From assembly GCA_963816185.1 (NCBI GenBank), contig CAWFJJ010000028.1, positions 544,001-608,000 of the forward strand: a DNA stretch of 64,000 bases, given 5' to 3'. Under the pieces are notes generated by a model. That model made no database searches. It was not told the origin of the DNA and saw only the letters and a list, made by a program, of their open reading frames with translations. This DNA comes from Thermoanaerobaculia bacterium. GTDB taxonomy: Bacteria > Acidobacteriota > Thermoanaerobaculia > UBA5066. Positions 20,421 to 31,359 of this stretch are shown in pieces; positions within the stretch are counted from its first letter, which is position 1; each line of letters begins with the position of its first letter. The translations under genes and the position numbers were made by a program.

Positions 20421-21241
20421 CCCCACACAAGGTCCGCACTCCCGCCGTGGCGGGAACGTTCTATCCGGGCCGTCCCGGAGAGCTGAAGCGGATGGTCGAG
20501 GATCTGCTCGCGGGCGCGCCTATCCCGGAGAAAGGCAAGGCGCCCGCGGCCCTCGTCGTTCCGCACGCGGGGTATGTCTACTCGGGCCCTGTCGCGGCGA
20601 CGGCGTACGCCAGGCTCAGCCGCATCGGCGCCTCGATCTCGCGAGTCGTGGCCTTGGGGCCGGTCCACTACATCCCGATCCGCGGTGCTGCGGTTCCGGC
20701 CGCCGGCGCCTGGGCGACGCCGCTGGGCCAGGTGCCGATCGATGATTCCCTGCGCGAGCGCGCGGTCGCGCACGGCGCCGCGGTCGACGACCGGCCGCAT
20801 GCCCCGGAGCACGCCCTCGAGGTGCAGGTTCCATTCCTCCAGTGCGTCCTCGGCGAAGGGTTTTCGTTCCTGCCCGTCGCCGTCTCGGATCAGCCGGCCG
20901 CGGAGACGGCCGATCTCATCGGGGAGTTCCTCGGCGAGGACGGCACGTTGGTCCTCGTGAGCACCGATCTGAGCCATTACCACGACCTCGCAACGGCGCG
21001 CCGCCTCGACCGCCGCACGTCGGACGCGATCCTCGGTCGCGACGCGTCGGCGCTCTCCGGCGATGACGCCTGCGGGTTCTACCCGCTGCGGGGCCTCGTC
21101 GAGCTCGCCCGAAGGAAGAACCTCCCCGTCGAGCTCCTCGACCTCAGAACGTCGGGAGACACCGCCGGCGGCCCGGAACGGGTCGTCGGCTACGGCGCGT
21201 TCGCAGTCGGGAGAGGAACAGAAGGAATTCGGATTTCTTAG
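20417..21241 (+). CDS. amrB: AmmeMemoRadiSam system protein B (MEMO1 family)
   Basis: PAVAGTFYP, PHAGYVYSG, EHALEVQ, STDLSHY and VVGYGA. ATGA overlap with amrS. Confidence 0.92.
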   Translation: MTPHKVRTPAVAGTFYPGRPGELKRMVEDLLAGAPIPEKGKAPAALVVPHAGYVYSGPVAATAYARLSRIGASISRVVALGPVHYIPIRGAAVPAAGAWATPLGQVPIDDSLRERAVAHGAAVDDRPHAPEHALEVQVPFLQCVLGEGFSFLPVAVSDQPAAETADLIGEFLGEDGTLVLVSTDLSHYHDLATARRLDRRTSDAILGRDASALSGDDACGFYPLRGLVELARRKNLPVELLDLRTSGDTAGGPERVVGYGAFAVGRGTEGIRIS

Positions 21242-21360
21242 AAGGCAAGAGGGCCCTGGCGGAGTCCGCGCGTCCACGGCGCCGCCCACGGCGCCGAAGG
21301 GCGGCAAATCGGAGGCCATTGCGCTGAGACGGTGTCTCACTAACCCTTTCTAAGAGAATC
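21232..21360. repeat. Inverted pair of the CTTCTAAGAAATC motif at the amrB stop / suf promoter
   Basis: GATTTCTTAGAAG at 21232-21244 (contains the amrB TAG stop) and TTTCTAAGAGAATC near 21347-21360. Confidence 0.75.
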
Positions 21361-21389
21361 TCTTATCCCCTCCTGTATTGCCGCCTCTA

Positions 21390-21440
21390 CTTCTTGACTA
21401 AATCAGTCCCATTTCATATCGTACTGATTCGGTTCGGTAT
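21390..21440 (+). promoter_or_regulatory. Sigma70 promoter with IscR type-1-like operator(s) for the suf operon
   Basis: TTGACT (21394-99), 17 nt spacer, TATCGT (21417-22). GACT-AAATC-AGTC matches the IscR type-1 core GACTRWWWYAGTC; a weaker copy TACTGATTCGGTT follows. Confidence 0.7.
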
Positions 21441-21460
21441 ACCGGACCGGGGAGAAAACG

Positions 21461-21934
21461 ATGTTCCGGATGACGAAGCTGACCGACTACGGGATCGTGC
21501 TTCTGACGCACTTCGCGGCGCACGAAGACCAGGTGGCGCACACCGCGCGCGAGCTGGCGCTGGAGACGCGCCTGCCTCTCCCCACCGTGGGCAAGCTCCT
21601 CAAGCAGCTCTCGAAGGGCGGCCTCCTCGCCTCCCATCGCGGCACGAAAGGCGGTTACGTCCTCGCGAGGCCGCCGCGCGAGATCTCCGTGTCCTCGATC
21701 ATCGCGACCCTCGAGGGGCCCGTCGCCATTACCGAGTGCAACGGCATGACGCGGTGCGAGCACGAGAGCTTCTGCTCCACGCGCCCGAACTGGCAAATCA
21801 TCAACGAGACGATCCGCGGCGCTCTCGAGGGCCTCACGCTCGCGGATATGACGCGCCCGCTCGCGCGCCGGATATCCCTCCCGACCGCATTCGCCTTACC
21901 CGCGCGATCTCCCGAAGGGAGGAGCGCGTTATGA
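21461..21934 (+). CDS. SUF system Rrf2 family Fe-S cluster assembly regulator
   Basis: [20 protein letters not shown], and three Cys in [16 protein letters not shown]. Confidence 0.9.
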   Translation: MFRMTKLTDYGIVLLTHFAAHEDQVAHTARELALETRLPLPTVGKLLKQLSKGGLLASHRGTKGGYVLARPPREISVSSIIATLEGPVAITECNGMTRCEHESFCSTRPNWQIINETIRGALEGLTLADMTRPLARRISLPTAFALPARSPEGRSAL

Positions 21935-23376
21935 GCGACGCCGTTCTCGACAGGCTGACGCGGCAGGAATATCCGCACGGCTTCGTCACGGACATCGACA
22001 CCGACGTCATCCCGGCGGGCCTTTCCGAAGACGTCGTGCGACTGATCTCGAAAAAGAAGGGCGAGCCCGAGTGGCTCCTCGACTGGCGCCTGAAGGCCTA
22101 CCGCCACTGGCTCACGATGGAGGAGCCGAAGTGGGCGCGCGTGACGTACCCGCCGATCGATTACCAGAAGATCGTCTACTACGCCGCGCCGAGGTCCAGC
22201 AAGGAAGGCACTCCGAAGAGCCTCGAGGACGTCGAGCCCGAGCTCCTCGCCATGTACGAGAAGCTCGGGGTGCCCCTGAAGGAGCGCGAGATCCTCGCGG
22301 GCGTCGCGGTGGACGCCGTCATCGACAGCGTGTCGGTCGCGACGACGTTCAAGGAGAAGCTCGGATCTTTGGGCATCATCTTCTGCTCGTTCTCGGAGGC
22401 CGTGCGCGCGCACCCCGACCTCGTGAAGAAGTACCTCGGCAGCGTCGTGCCCTCGAGCGACAACTTCTTCGCGGCGCTGAACTCTGCGGTCTTCTCGGAC
22501 GGCTCGTTCTGCTTCATCCCGAAGGGCGTGCGCTGTCCGATGGAGCTGTCCACGTACTTCCGGATCAACCAGGCCGATACGGGACAGTTCGAGAGGACGC
22601 TCATCGTGGCCGAGCAGGGCGCGAGGGTGTCCTACCTGGAAGGCTGCACCGCCCCGAAGCGGGACACGAACCAGCTCCACGCGGCGGTCGTCGAGCTCGT
22701 CGCCCTGGACGACGCGCAGATCAAGTACTCGACCGTGCAGAACTGGTACCCGGGCGACCGCGAGGGCAAGGGCGGCATCTACAACTTCGTGACGAAGCGC
22801 GGCAAGTGCGCCGGAAAGAACTCGCGCATCTCGTGGACGCAGGTCGAGACGGGCTCGGCGATCACCTGGAAGTACCCAAGCTGCATCCTCCTGGGCGACA
22901 ACTCGGTCGGCGAGTTCTACTCGGTCGCCCTCGCGAACAACTACCAGCAGGCCGACACGGGCACGAAGATGATCCACATCGGGAAGAACACGCGCTCCAC
23001 GATCGTGTCGAAGGGCATCTCGGCGGGACACGGGCAGAACACGTACCGCGGCGCCGTCACGATCATGAAGAACGCCGAGGGCGCGCGGAACTACTCGCAG
23101 TGCGACTCGCTCCTGATCGGCGACCAGTGCGGGGCGCACACGTTCCCGTACATCGAGGTCAAGAACAGCTCGGCCACTCTCGAGCACGAGGCATCCACGT
23201 CGAAGATCGGCGAGGACCAGCTCTTCTACTGCCGCCAGCGGGGCCTCTCGGCGGAGGACGCCGTCTCGCTCATCGTCAACGGCTTCGCCAAGCGCGTCCT
23301 GAAAGAGCTCCCCATGGAGTTCGCGGTCGAGGCACAGAAACTACTCGGCGTGTCCCTCGAAGGATCAGTCGGATGA
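21931..23376 (+). CDS. sufB: Fe-S cluster assembly protein SufB
   Basis: [38 protein letters not shown] and [10 protein letters not shown]. Confidence 0.97.
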   Translation: MSDAVLDRLTRQEYPHGFVTDIDTDVIPAGLSEDVVRLISKKKGEPEWLLDWRLKAYRHWLTMEEPKWARVTYPPIDYQKIVYYAAPRSSKEGTPKSLEDVEPELLAMYEKLGVPLKEREILAGVAVDAVIDSVSVATTFKEKLGSLGIIFCSFSEAVRAHPDLVKKYLGSVVPSSDNFFAALNSAVFSDGSFCFIPKGVRCPMELSTYFRINQADTGQFERTLIVAEQGARVSYLEGCTAPKRDTNQLHAAVVELVALDDAQIKYSTVQNWYPGDREGKGGIYNFVTKRGKCAGKNSRISWTQVETGSAITWKYPSCILLGDNSVGEFYSVALANNYQQADTGTKMIHIGKNTRSTIVSKGISAGHGQNTYRGAVTIMKNAEGARNYSQCDSLLIGDQCGAHTFPYIEVKNSSATLEHEASTSKIGEDQLFYCRQRGLSAEDAVSLIVNGFAKRVLKELPMEFAVEAQKLLGVSLEGSVG

Positions 23377-24170
23377 ATCTTCTCGAAATCTCGAACCTCC
23401 ACGCCTCGATCGAGGAAGACGGCACCGAGATCCTCAAGGGGATCGACCTCGTCATCCGCCCGGGTGAAGTGCACGCGATCATGGGTCCGAACGGGTCGGG
23501 CAAGAGCACGCTCGCGCACGTCCTGTCGGGGCGGCCCGGATACGTCGTGACGCAGGGCACCGCCCGGTTCAAGGGCATGGACCTTCTCGCGATGCCCGCC
23601 GAAATGCGCGCGAGAGAGGGCATCTTCCTCGCGTTTCAGTATCCCGTCGAGATTCCGGGTGTCTCGAACACGTATTTCCTGCGGACCGCGGTCAACACCG
23701 TGCGCAAGCACCGCGGGCAGCCGGAGCTCGACGCGATCGACTTCCTCGCGCTCCTCGACGAGAAGGCGAAGCTCGTGAAGATGGAGGAGGCGCTGTTGAA
23801 CCGTTCGGTGAACGAGGGCTTCTCCGGCGGCGAGAAGAAGCGCAACGAGGTCCTCCAGATGGCGATCCTCGACCCGAAGCTCGCGATCCTCGACGAGACG
23901 GACTCGGGCCTCGACATCGACGCCCTTCGAGTCGCCGCCTCGGGCGTGAACGCCCTCCGTGACGGCGTGCGCGGGATGCTCGTCATCACGCACTACCAGC
24001 GCCTGCTCGACTACATCATCCCGGACTTCGTCCACGTCCTCTCGGACGGAAGGATCGTGAAATCCGGCGACAAGAACCTCGCGAAGGAGCTGGAGGCCAA
24101 GGGCTACTCCTGGATCGAGAAGGAGCCTCCGGCGGCGGAGTCGGCGGTCGCAGGAGCCGCGGCACGATGA
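23373..24170 (+). CDS. sufC: Fe-S cluster assembly ATPase SufC
   Basis: [29 protein letters not shown] and LDETDSGLD. Confidence 0.97.
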   Translation: MNLLEISNLHASIEEDGTEILKGIDLVIRPGEVHAIMGPNGSGKSTLAHVLSGRPGYVVTQGTARFKGMDLLAMPAEMRAREGIFLAFQYPVEIPGVSNTYFLRTAVNTVRKHRGQPELDAIDFLALLDEKAKLVKMEEALLNRSVNEGFSGGEKKRNEVLQMAILDPKLAILDETDSGLDIDALRVAASGVNALRDGVRGMLVITHYQRLLDYIIPDFVHVLSDGRIVKSGDKNLAKELEAKGYSWIEKEPPAAESAVAGAAAR

Positions 24171-25549
24171 CGCGCGCCGCGCGGCCGACCGCCCTTTTCG
24201 AGGGAGTCGCGACGCTCACGGAGGCGGCCGCGGACTTCGCGGCGACCCGCCCCGGCCCGCCCTGGCTGCAGAAGCTGCGCCGGAACTCTCTCGCGGCGTT
24301 CGAGAAGCTCGGATTCCCCTCGACGTACGACGAGGAGTGGCGGTTCACGAACCTCGCGCCCCTCGCGCGCGCTCCATTCTCTCTTCCGCCCGACGACGTC
24401 ACCCTCGCCGAGCGCACCGCGGCTTTCGAGCTGGAAGCGCGGCTCGGGACGATCGGGCTCTCGGCCTCGGAGCCGAGGCTCGCGTTCGTGAACGGGCGGC
24501 ACCTACGCCGAAACGTCGGAGCTCTCCCGCCGGGGCTCTTCTTCGAATGGATGGGAACGGTCCTCCGGGAATCGCCGGAGCTCGTCGAGAAGGCCCTCGT
24601 GGCGTCGGTCGCGTCGGAGAACCCTGCGCGGGGCACGTTCGCCGCTCTCGGTGACGCTTTTCTGGACGAAGGCGTCGTCCTTCGTGTCGCCGCCGGCGTC
24701 CGTCTCGAAGAGCCCCTCTTCATCCTCCACGTATCGACGCCCCCCGGCTCCTCGGAGGCGCCGCGAATGGTTCACACGCGGAATCTCTTCACCTTCGAAG
24801 AAGATTCCTCAGCCACCGTGATCGAGGCCTACCTCGGATCAGGCGGGCCGTCCTTCATGAACACCCTGACGGACATTTCTCTCGCGCGGAACGCCCGACT
24901 GCAGCACATCAAGCTCCAGCTCGAGGGCCCCGAGGCGTTCCACGTCGGGCACCTCTCGGTCGTGCACGCTCCGGGCGCGACGTCCGCCTCCCACGTCTTT
25001 TCGTTCGGCGGCAAGCTCGTCCGCAACGAGATCGCGATGGACCTCGCCGGCGAAGGGGCCCGGACGGAGCTGTTCGGTCTCTTTTGCGCGAACTCCGGGC
25101 AGCACGTCGACTGCCATACGCTCATCGACCACGTCGCACCGCGTGCCGACAGCGTCGAGCTGTACAAGGGCGTCCTCGACGGCACCGGCCGCGGCGTCTT
25201 CGACGGCAAGATCGTCGTGCGTCCCGGGGCCGTACGAACGGATGCGCGGCAGACGAACCGAAATCTCATCCTCTCGGACAGCGCCCTCGTCGACAGCAAG
25301 CCTCAGCTCGAGATCCACAACAACGACGTCCGCTGCTCTCACGGCTCCACGACGGGGCGGCTCGACGCCGACGCCGTCTTCTACCTCCGCTCGCGCGGCC
25401 TCTCGCCCGAGGCGGCGCGCGCCCTCCTCACGTACGCTTTCGGCAGCGAGATGATCGAAAAGGTGCCGTCCGCCGACGTCAGGGCCTTCCTCGAGGGCCA
25501 CCTGCGCGCCTGGCTACCCGCGAACCTCGCGGCCCCGGAGAACCGATGA
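24167..25549 (+). CDS. sufD: Fe-S cluster assembly protein SufD
   Basis: [22 protein letters not shown] and FYLRSRG. Confidence 0.93.
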   Translation: MTRAARPTALFEGVATLTEAAADFAATRPGPPWLQKLRRNSLAAFEKLGFPSTYDEEWRFTNLAPLARAPFSLPPDDVTLAERTAAFELEARLGTIGLSASEPRLAFVNGRHLRRNVGALPPGLFFEWMGTVLRESPELVEKALVASVASENPARGTFAALGDAFLDEGVVLRVAAGVRLEEPLFILHVSTPPGSSEAPRMVHTRNLFTFEEDSSATVIEAYLGSGGPSFMNTLTDISLARNARLQHIKLQLEGPEAFHVGHLSVVHAPGATSASHVFSFGGKLVRNEIAMDLAGEGARTELFGLFCANSGQHVDCHTLIDHVAPRADSVELYKGVLDGTGRGVFDGKIVVRPGAVRTDARQTNRNLILSDSALVDSKPQLEIHNNDVRCSHGSTTGRLDADAVFYLRSRGLSPEAARALLTYAFGSEMIEKVPSADVRAFLEGHLRAWLPANLAAPENR

Positions 25550-26805
25550 GCGCCGTCACGAAGACCGCCCCGGAGGCGCGCACCCGCGCCTACGACGTGG
25601 AGCGCATCCGCGCCGAGTTCCCGATCCTCTCGCGCTCGGTCCACGGCAAGCCCCTCGTTTACCTCGACAACGCGAATACGACACAGAAGCCGCAGATCGT
25701 GATCGACGCAGACCGCCGGTATTACGAGGAGGAGAACGCGAACATCCACCGCGGCACGCACTGGCTCTCCGAGAAGGCCACCGAGGCGTACGAAGGCGCC
25801 CGCGGAAGGATCGCGCGCTTCCTCGGCGCCGCCTCGCCGAAGGAGATCGTCTTCACACGCGGCACGACGGAGGCGATCAACCTCGTCGCGGCAGGTTTCT
25901 CTCGGGAATTCCTCCAGGCGGGCGACGAGGTCCTCATCACGGGGCTCGAGCATCACTCGAACATCGTGCCGTGGCAGCTCGCCTGCGAGAAGACCGGCGC
26001 GAAGCTCGTCGTCGTGCCGATCACCGACGAGGGCGAGGTGCCGGTCGAGGAGTTCGAGAAGCGCCTGTCGAATCGGACGAAGCTCGCCGCCGTGTCGCAC
26101 GTTTCGAACGCGCTCGGCACCGTGAACCCCGTGAAGGCGTTCATCGCGCTCGCGCACGCACGCAAGGTTCCCGTCCTGGTGGACGGCGCGCAGGCCGCAC
26201 CGCATCTTCCGCTCGACGTGAAGGAACTCGGCTGCGACTTCTACGCGATCTCGGGCCACAAGATGTACGGGCCCACGGGCATCGGCGCGCTCTACGGCAC
26301 CGAGGAATGGCTCGAGAAGCTGCCCCCGTATCAAGGCGGGGGCGACATGATCTCCTCCGTCACGTTCGAGAAGACCACGTACAACGTCCTTCCCTGGAAA
26401 TTCGAGGCCGGCACCGCGAACATCGCAGGTGGAATCGGCTTCGGAGTGGCGGCCGACTGGCTGTCCGGGGTGGGGATCGCCGCCGTGGCCGAGCACGAGC
26501 ACGACCTCCTCGTCCACGGCACCCGGCAGCTCTCCGCCATCCCCGGCCTCACGATCGTGGGCCGCGCGAAAGAGAAGGCCGGCGTGATCTCGTTCGTCCT
26601 CGAGAACGTGCACCCTCACGACATCGGGACGATCCTCGACCGCGAGGGAATCGCGATTCGCACGGGTCACCATTGTGCGCAGCCCGTCATGGACCGCTTC
26701 GGCCTCCCCGCAACGGCGCGGGCGTCGTTCGGCCTCTACAACACGCGCGCGGAGATCGACGCGCTCGCGGCGGCGATCGAGAAAGTGCGCGAGGTGTTCG
26801 GCTGA
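25546..26805 (+). CDS. sufS: Cysteine desulfurase SufS
   Basis: YLDNANTTQKP, EHHSNIVPWQ, SGHKMYGPTG and RTGHHCAQP. Confidence 0.96.
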   Translation: MSAVTKTAPEARTRAYDVERIRAEFPILSRSVHGKPLVYLDNANTTQKPQIVIDADRRYYEEENANIHRGTHWLSEKATEAYEGARGRIARFLGAASPKEIVFTRGTTEAINLVAAGFSREFLQAGDEVLITGLEHHSNIVPWQLACEKTGAKLVVVPITDEGEVPVEEFEKRLSNRTKLAAVSHVSNALGTVNPVKAFIALAHARKVPVLVDGAQAAPHLPLDVKELGCDFYAISGHKMYGPTGIGALYGTEEWLEKLPPYQGGGDMISSVTFEKTTYNVLPWKFEAGTANIAGGIGFGVAADWLSGVGIAAVAEHEHDLLVHGTRQLSAIPGLTIVGRAKEKAGVISFVLENVHPHDIGTILDREGIAIRTGHHCAQPVMDRFGLPATARASFGLYNTRAEIDALAAAIEKVREVFG

Positions 26806-27257
26806 TGACGGACCTGCGAGATCTCTATCAGGAGGTCATCCTCGACCACAACAAGTCTCCCCACAACTACCGGGAGATGCCCGACGCCACGCGCCTCGCG
26901 CTCGGCAACAACCCGCTCTGCGGCGACAAGCTGAAGCTCTACGTTCGCCTCGAGGGCGACCGCATCGCGGACGTCGCGTTCCAGGGCTCGGGGTGCGCGA
27001 TCTCGAAGGCGTCCGCGTCGATCATGACCGACGCCATCAAGGGCAAGAGCCTCGCCGAAGCCGAGGCGCTGTACGGGAAGTTCCACGATCTCCTGACCGG
27101 GCCGCCCGACGTCAAGGCCGACGGCGCGGGCCTCGGCAAGCTTGCCGTCTTCTCCGGTGTCCGCGAGTTCCCGGCCCGCGTCAAATGCGCAACGCTCGCG
27201 TGGCACACGCTGGAGACGGCGCTGAAGAACACGCAAGAAGTGGCGAAGACCGAGTAA
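26805..27257 (+). CDS. sufU: SUF system NifU-family scaffold/sulfur-transfer protein SufU
   Basis: LYQEVILDH, NPLCGD, GCAISKASAS and RVKCATLAWH. Confidence 0.93.
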   Translation: MTDLRDLYQEVILDHNKSPHNYREMPDATRLALGNNPLCGDKLKLYVRLEGDRIADVAFQGSGCAISKASASIMTDAIKGKSLAEAEALYGKFHDLLTGPPDVKADGAGLGKLAVFSGVREFPARVKCATLAWHTLETALKNTQEVAKTE

Positions 27258-27289
27258 ATGGAAGATAGAAGAAATGAGAGAAGAGAAGA

Positions 27290-27469
27290 GATTTCTTAGA
27301 AAGTAATCGGGCCAGCGGCAGCGGCGAAGCAGGCGCGGCAACGGCGGAGCGGGAAGCGATGGCCGTCTGAGCGCCTTCTAAGCAATGTATTCGGACAAAG
27401 CTCGGACGCAGCGGACGCGGCATCAGCCGCGCAGACCGCGGCGCCCGTCCACGTGCCTTCTGAGAAATC
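27290..27469. repeat. Cluster of three CTTCTAAGAAATC-type motifs with a long purine tract
   Basis: GGAAGATAGAAGAAATGAGAGAAGAGAAGAGATTTCTTAGAAA (core 27293-27301), CTTCTAAGCAAT (core 27376) and CTTCTGAGAAATC (core 27458). Confidence 0.75.
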
Positions 27470-27851
27470 TTCGTCCCCCGGTCCCTCTTCGGACACCACA
27501 GGCGCGGCACCGGCAGCACAGCCCGCATCGCCCTCTGACGCGCAAAGGAATCCTCTCGAGCAGACGGTCATCGACGAGGCTTTGAAGAAGTGCTTCGACC
27601 CCGAGATCCCGGTGAACATCTGGGAGCTGGGGCTGATCTACGACGTGAGCGTGTCGCCCGAAGGCGTCGCAGACGTGAAGATGACGCTCACGGCACCCGG
27701 GTGCCCTGTCGCCGGATCCCTTCCCGGCGAGGTCGAGACGAAGATCAAAGCCGTCCCCGGCATCACCGACGCGAAGGTCGAGCTCGTCTGGGATCCGCCC
27801 TGGACCGTCGAGATGATGTCGCGCGTGGCCAAAGTCATGCTCGGGATGTGA
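27453..27851 (+). CDS. sufT: SufT/PaaD-like DUF59 Fe-S assembly protein (start uncertain)
   Basis: DPEIPVNIWELGLIY, MTLTAPGCPVAG and ELVWDPPW. Confidence 0.88.
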   Translation: MPSEKSSSPGPSSDTTGAAPAAQPASPSDAQRNPLEQTVIDEALKKCFDPEIPVNIWELGLIYDVSVSPEGVADVKMTLTAPGCPVAGSLPGEVETKIKAVPGITDAKVELVWDPPWTVEMMSRVAKVMLGM

Positions 27852-27893
27852 GCCGGGCCACAGCGCGAGGAGTCGTCCGCGCGGTACCGTTCG

Positions 27894-29747
27894 GTGATGA
27901 TTCGGAGAATCTGCCTGCTGGCAGTCTTCTGTCTGATTGCGAGCGACGTCCAGGCCCAGACGTGCATCGGTCCCCTCGCGACGCTGATCAGCCCGGCACC
28001 CGGGTCGACCCTTCCGGCAGGTGCCGTCACGTTCGCGTGGTGCGATGCCGGGCGCGACTACTTCCTGACCGTGGAGAGCATTCGCGGCGCACACGAGATC
28101 TTCTTTGCGGTCGTCCACGTGACCTCCGTAACGCTTGGTCCGGCGTGCAACCTACCGACGGCCATCAGCCCTTCGACGGGTTGCATCCTTCCAAACGGCG
28201 AAACCATCTACGTAACTTTGTGGACGCAGGTGGGGAGCGGAAAGACGAGCTTTCAAGCCGCTCCGACGGTCACCTATACCGCCGCGAACTCGCTCTTGCC
28301 GACGGGCTTCGTTCCCATCGTCCTCGACGTCACGGGACTCGCGCACTACACGAGCGAGCTGCAGCTCACGAATTTGGGACCTGCCCCCACGACGGTGAAG
28401 CTCTCCTACGTCGGATCGATGGGCACGGGCTCGAGGGATGTGCTGGAGACCGTTCCCGCCGGCCAGCAAGTCGTCTACCCGGATGCCATTTCGTTTCTCA
28501 GGTCCCGTGGCGTTCCAATTCCGGGCGTCGGAAACCAGGGAGGAACGCTCCTCGTCTCGGCGGCCGCGGCGGGCGTCCGCGCCACGGTCCGAACGGGCGC
28601 CGATACCGCGGCTCCTCAGCCGGTGGGGCGCTCTGGCCTGGCATACAGCGACAGTGACCCGGCGCTGTCTTCGGCGGCCACGTACGTCTACGGCCTGAGA
28701 ACGAACGCCGCCGACCGCTCCAACCTCGCCGTCTACAACATGGGGTCGGCTCCCGTCTCGCTCAAGGTCACGCTCGTCTCCGGAGACGACGGGAGCGTCT
28801 TCGACGTGACGGCGGGTCTGCCGCTGGCCCTTCCGGCCCACGGCTGGTTCCAACACGGAGACGCGGATCTCCTGAGGAAGGCCGGCTTCTCCTCCGCATA
28901 CGCGATCGTGGAGAGGGTCGGGGGGACCGGGCCGTTCGGGGCGTATGGCGTCGTCAACGACCAGGTGACGAACGACGGATCGTTCATGCCGGCGCTGCCG
29001 GGCACGTCAGTCGGAAGCAAGGTCACCGTTCCCGTCCTCGTCGAGACAGGGGCCTTCGGGTCGGAGCTGATCCTGGCGAACCGCGGGACCGCCACGGCGA
29101 CGTTCACTCTGCGCTACGTCGAGTCCCTCTCGCCGGCCAACGGACCGGGAGGGACGGCGACCGTCGACGTCGCCGCCGGCCGGCAGACGATCATTCCGGC
29201 GGCCATCGATTTCCTGAGGTCGAAGGGGGTCGCCATCGGCGCCCGCGGCGTGGCTGGCTACGCGGGGAGCCTGCAGGTCCTGGTGAGCGGAGTCGGCCTC
29301 GAAAGCGTCTTCGCGGGAGCGCGGACGTCCGCGAGCTCGCCCGCCGGGGGAGAGTTCGGGGTCTTCTACCCGGGTATCGACTCGAACCAGGAGTTCTCCG
29401 ACCAGGCCTTCGTCCTCGGCTTGAAGGCCGACGCGAACAACCGGAGCAACGTCGCGGTCGTCCACACCGGGGCGGACGGGTCTGGTCCGATCACGCTGGA
29501 GCTCCAGGTGCTGGACGGCTCGAACGGCGGCAGGCCTGTTGGGCAGCCGATCTCGGTGAACGTGAACCCCGGAGGATGGGCTCAGCCTTCCGGGTTCTTC
29601 GCGAGCGCCGGCATACCGAACGGCTACGTGAGGATCCGGCGCACGGCCGGAACGGCACCTTGGTACGCCTATGGGGTGATCAACGACGGAGGCCAGCCAG
29701 GACAAAGGACCGGAGACGGGAGCTACGTGCCCGGCGTGCAGCCGTAA
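27894..29747 (+). CDS. Secreted hypothetical protein with a Cys-containing N-domain and two tandem beta-rich repeats of about 240 aa
   Basis: Signal peptide; repeated SEL.L.N, DAISFLRSRG/AAIDFLRSKG, RSN(L/V)AV, AYGV(V/I)ND and DGS(F/Y). Confidence 0.8.
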   Translation: MMIRRICLLAVFCLIASDVQAQTCIGPLATLISPAPGSTLPAGAVTFAWCDAGRDYFLTVESIRGAHEIFFAVVHVTSVTLGPACNLPTAISPSTGCILPNGETIYVTLWTQVGSGKTSFQAAPTVTYTAANSLLPTGFVPIVLDVTGLAHYTSELQLTNLGPAPTTVKLSYVGSMGTGSRDVLETVPAGQQVVYPDAISFLRSRGVPIPGVGNQGGTLLVSAAAAGVRATVRTGADTAAPQPVGRSGLAYSDSDPALSSAATYVYGLRTNAADRSNLAVYNMGSAPVSLKVTLVSGDDGSVFDVTAGLPLALPAHGWFQHGDADLLRKAGFSSAYAIVERVGGTGPFGAYGVVNDQVTNDGSFMPALPGTSVGSKVTVPVLVETGAFGSELILANRGTATATFTLRYVESLSPANGPGGTATVDVAAGRQTIIPAAIDFLRSKGVAIGARGVAGYAGSLQVLVSGVGLESVFAGARTSASSPAGGEFGVFYPGIDSNQEFSDQAFVLGLKADANNRSNVAVVHTGADGSGPITLELQVLDGSNGGRPVGQPISVNVNPGGWAQPSGFFASAGIPNGYVRIRRTAGTAPWYAYGVINDGGQPGQRTGDGSYVPGVQP

Positions 29748-29766
29748 GGGGGCGAATCGAAACAGC

Positions 29767-31314
29767 CTAGGCGGAACGACTGTCCTGCATCCGCCTGCTC
29801 TCGTTCAGGCGCGGGTCCTCCGTCGCGTGGCGCAGCGAAAGCAGCCAGCCGATCCCGAACGCGATCGTCGAGCCGAGAAGCGAGTACCACGGCCACGCGA
29901 TCTTCTTTCCGAGCTCGAACGACACCCAGCCCTTCGAACCCAGCCACAGGACGAACATGAAGACGGCCGACGTCGCAATGCCGATCATCGCGTCCGTCTG
30001 AGTCGCTTTCCGCGCCCAGAGCGCGAGGAGAAACGCGCCGAGAAGGCCGCCCGCCGTCACGCTCGCCAGGCCCAGGGCGACCTGCACGGCAGGGACGTCC
30101 TGCGGCATGCGCGAAAAGCCCACGGCCAGCCCGGCGAGGACGATCGTCCAGAAAACCGTCAGAATCTTCCCGAGGACGAGGCCGCGGCGTCCCTCGACGT
30201 GCTTGTTCCCGAGCAGGGGCGCCACGATGTCGAGCGAGAGCGCCGAAGCGAGCGAGTTCAGAGCGGACGACTCCGAGCACATCGCCGCCGAGAAGATGCC
30301 CGCGACGAGGTATGCCGAGACGAACGGCGGCAGGCTCTTCACGATGAACGTCGGAAGGATCGCATCGCTGGACGGGAATCCTCCCGCCCCCACGACGCGG
30401 CCTCCGTAGAACGCGAAGAGACCGACGCCGAGCGCGAGAAACAGCGTGAACTGCAGAATGACGAGGACACCCGAACCGATGAGGGCTTTCCGGGCATCGC
30501 GCAGCCCGCGGCACGCGAGGAGGCGCTGGACGATGAGCTGGTCGGCGCCGTGCGAAGCCATGGCGAGGACTGCGCCACCGATGACTCCGGCAAACAGCGT
30601 GTAAGGTTCTGCAAAGTTCCTGGAAAGGTTGATGAGATGAACCGGCCTCCCCTGCTCCGCGCACCTTCTAAGAATCTCTTGAAATCCTCCGAATCCCCCG
30701 CCAAAGGCGCCTAGAAGGACCCAGAGTGCCATCAGCGCCCCCGAGATGTAGACGACGACCTGGATCAGGTCGATCCAGATGACGGCCTTGATGCCCCCCA
30801 GGAACGTGTAGAGAGCCGTGGCCGCCGCGAGCATCAGAATCGCGATCCACACGGGAACGCCGAGGATGAGCGCGATCGGGATCGCGGGTACCGCCAGGCG
30901 GACGCTCGCGGCCATGACGCGCGTGACCATGAAGATGAGCGACGTGAAGCGCCGCGCGCCGACGCCGAAGCGCCGTTCCAAAAGCGCGTACGCGGTCGTG
31001 ATCTCGCCCTGGAAGTAGCCGGGGAGGAGCAGGGCTGCGACCGCGATGCGCCCGAGGAGATAGCCGAACGCGAGCTGCAGGAACGTGAAGCCCGTGCGGT
31101 AGGCGTCGCCGGGAATGGAAAGGAACGTGAGCGCCGAGGTCTCCGTCGCGATGATCGACGCCATCACGGCCCACCACGGCATCGCGTGGGAGCCCAGGAA
31201 GTAGTCCTTCGCGTCCTTCTGGCCCCGCCCGAGCACCGCGCCGAGAAGGTTGATGCCTGCGAGATAGACGGCGATCGCGATCAGCGTCGGCAGCCCGAGG
31301 GAGACGCCTTCCAT
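29767..31314 (-). CDS. Sodium:solute symporter family transporter
   Basis: DYFLG, SIIATETSALTFL, GGIKAVIWID, DQLIVQRLLAC and SALNSLAS; about 13 TM helices. Confidence 0.92.
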   Translation of the reverse strand: MEGVSLGLPTLIAIAVYLAGINLLGAVLGRGQKDAKDYFLGSHAMPWWAVMASIIATETSALTFLSIPGDAYRTGFTFLQLAFGYLLGRIAVAALLLPGYFQGEITTAYALLERRFGVGARRFTSLIFMVTRVMAASVRLAVPAIPIALILGVPVWIAILMLAAATALYTFLGGIKAVIWIDLIQVVVYISGALMALWVLLGAFGGGFGGFQEILRRCAEQGRPVHLINLSRNFAEPYTLFAGVIGGAVLAMASHGADQLIVQRLLACRGLRDARKALIGSGVLVILQFTLFLALGVGLFAFYGGRVVGAGGFPSSDAILPTFIVKSLPPFVSAYLVAGIFSAAMCSESSALNSLASALSLDIVAPLLGNKHVEGRRGLVLGKILTVFWTIVLAGLAVGFSRMPQDVPAVQVALGLASVTAGGLLGAFLLALWARKATQTDAMIGIATSAVFMFVLWLGSKGWVSFELGKKIAWPWYSLLGSTIAFGIGWLLSLRHATEDPRLNESRRMQDSRSA

Positions 31315-31359
31315 GCGACGCGATGATCACACAGCGCCCGCTTCGCTTAAGCTCGCGGC

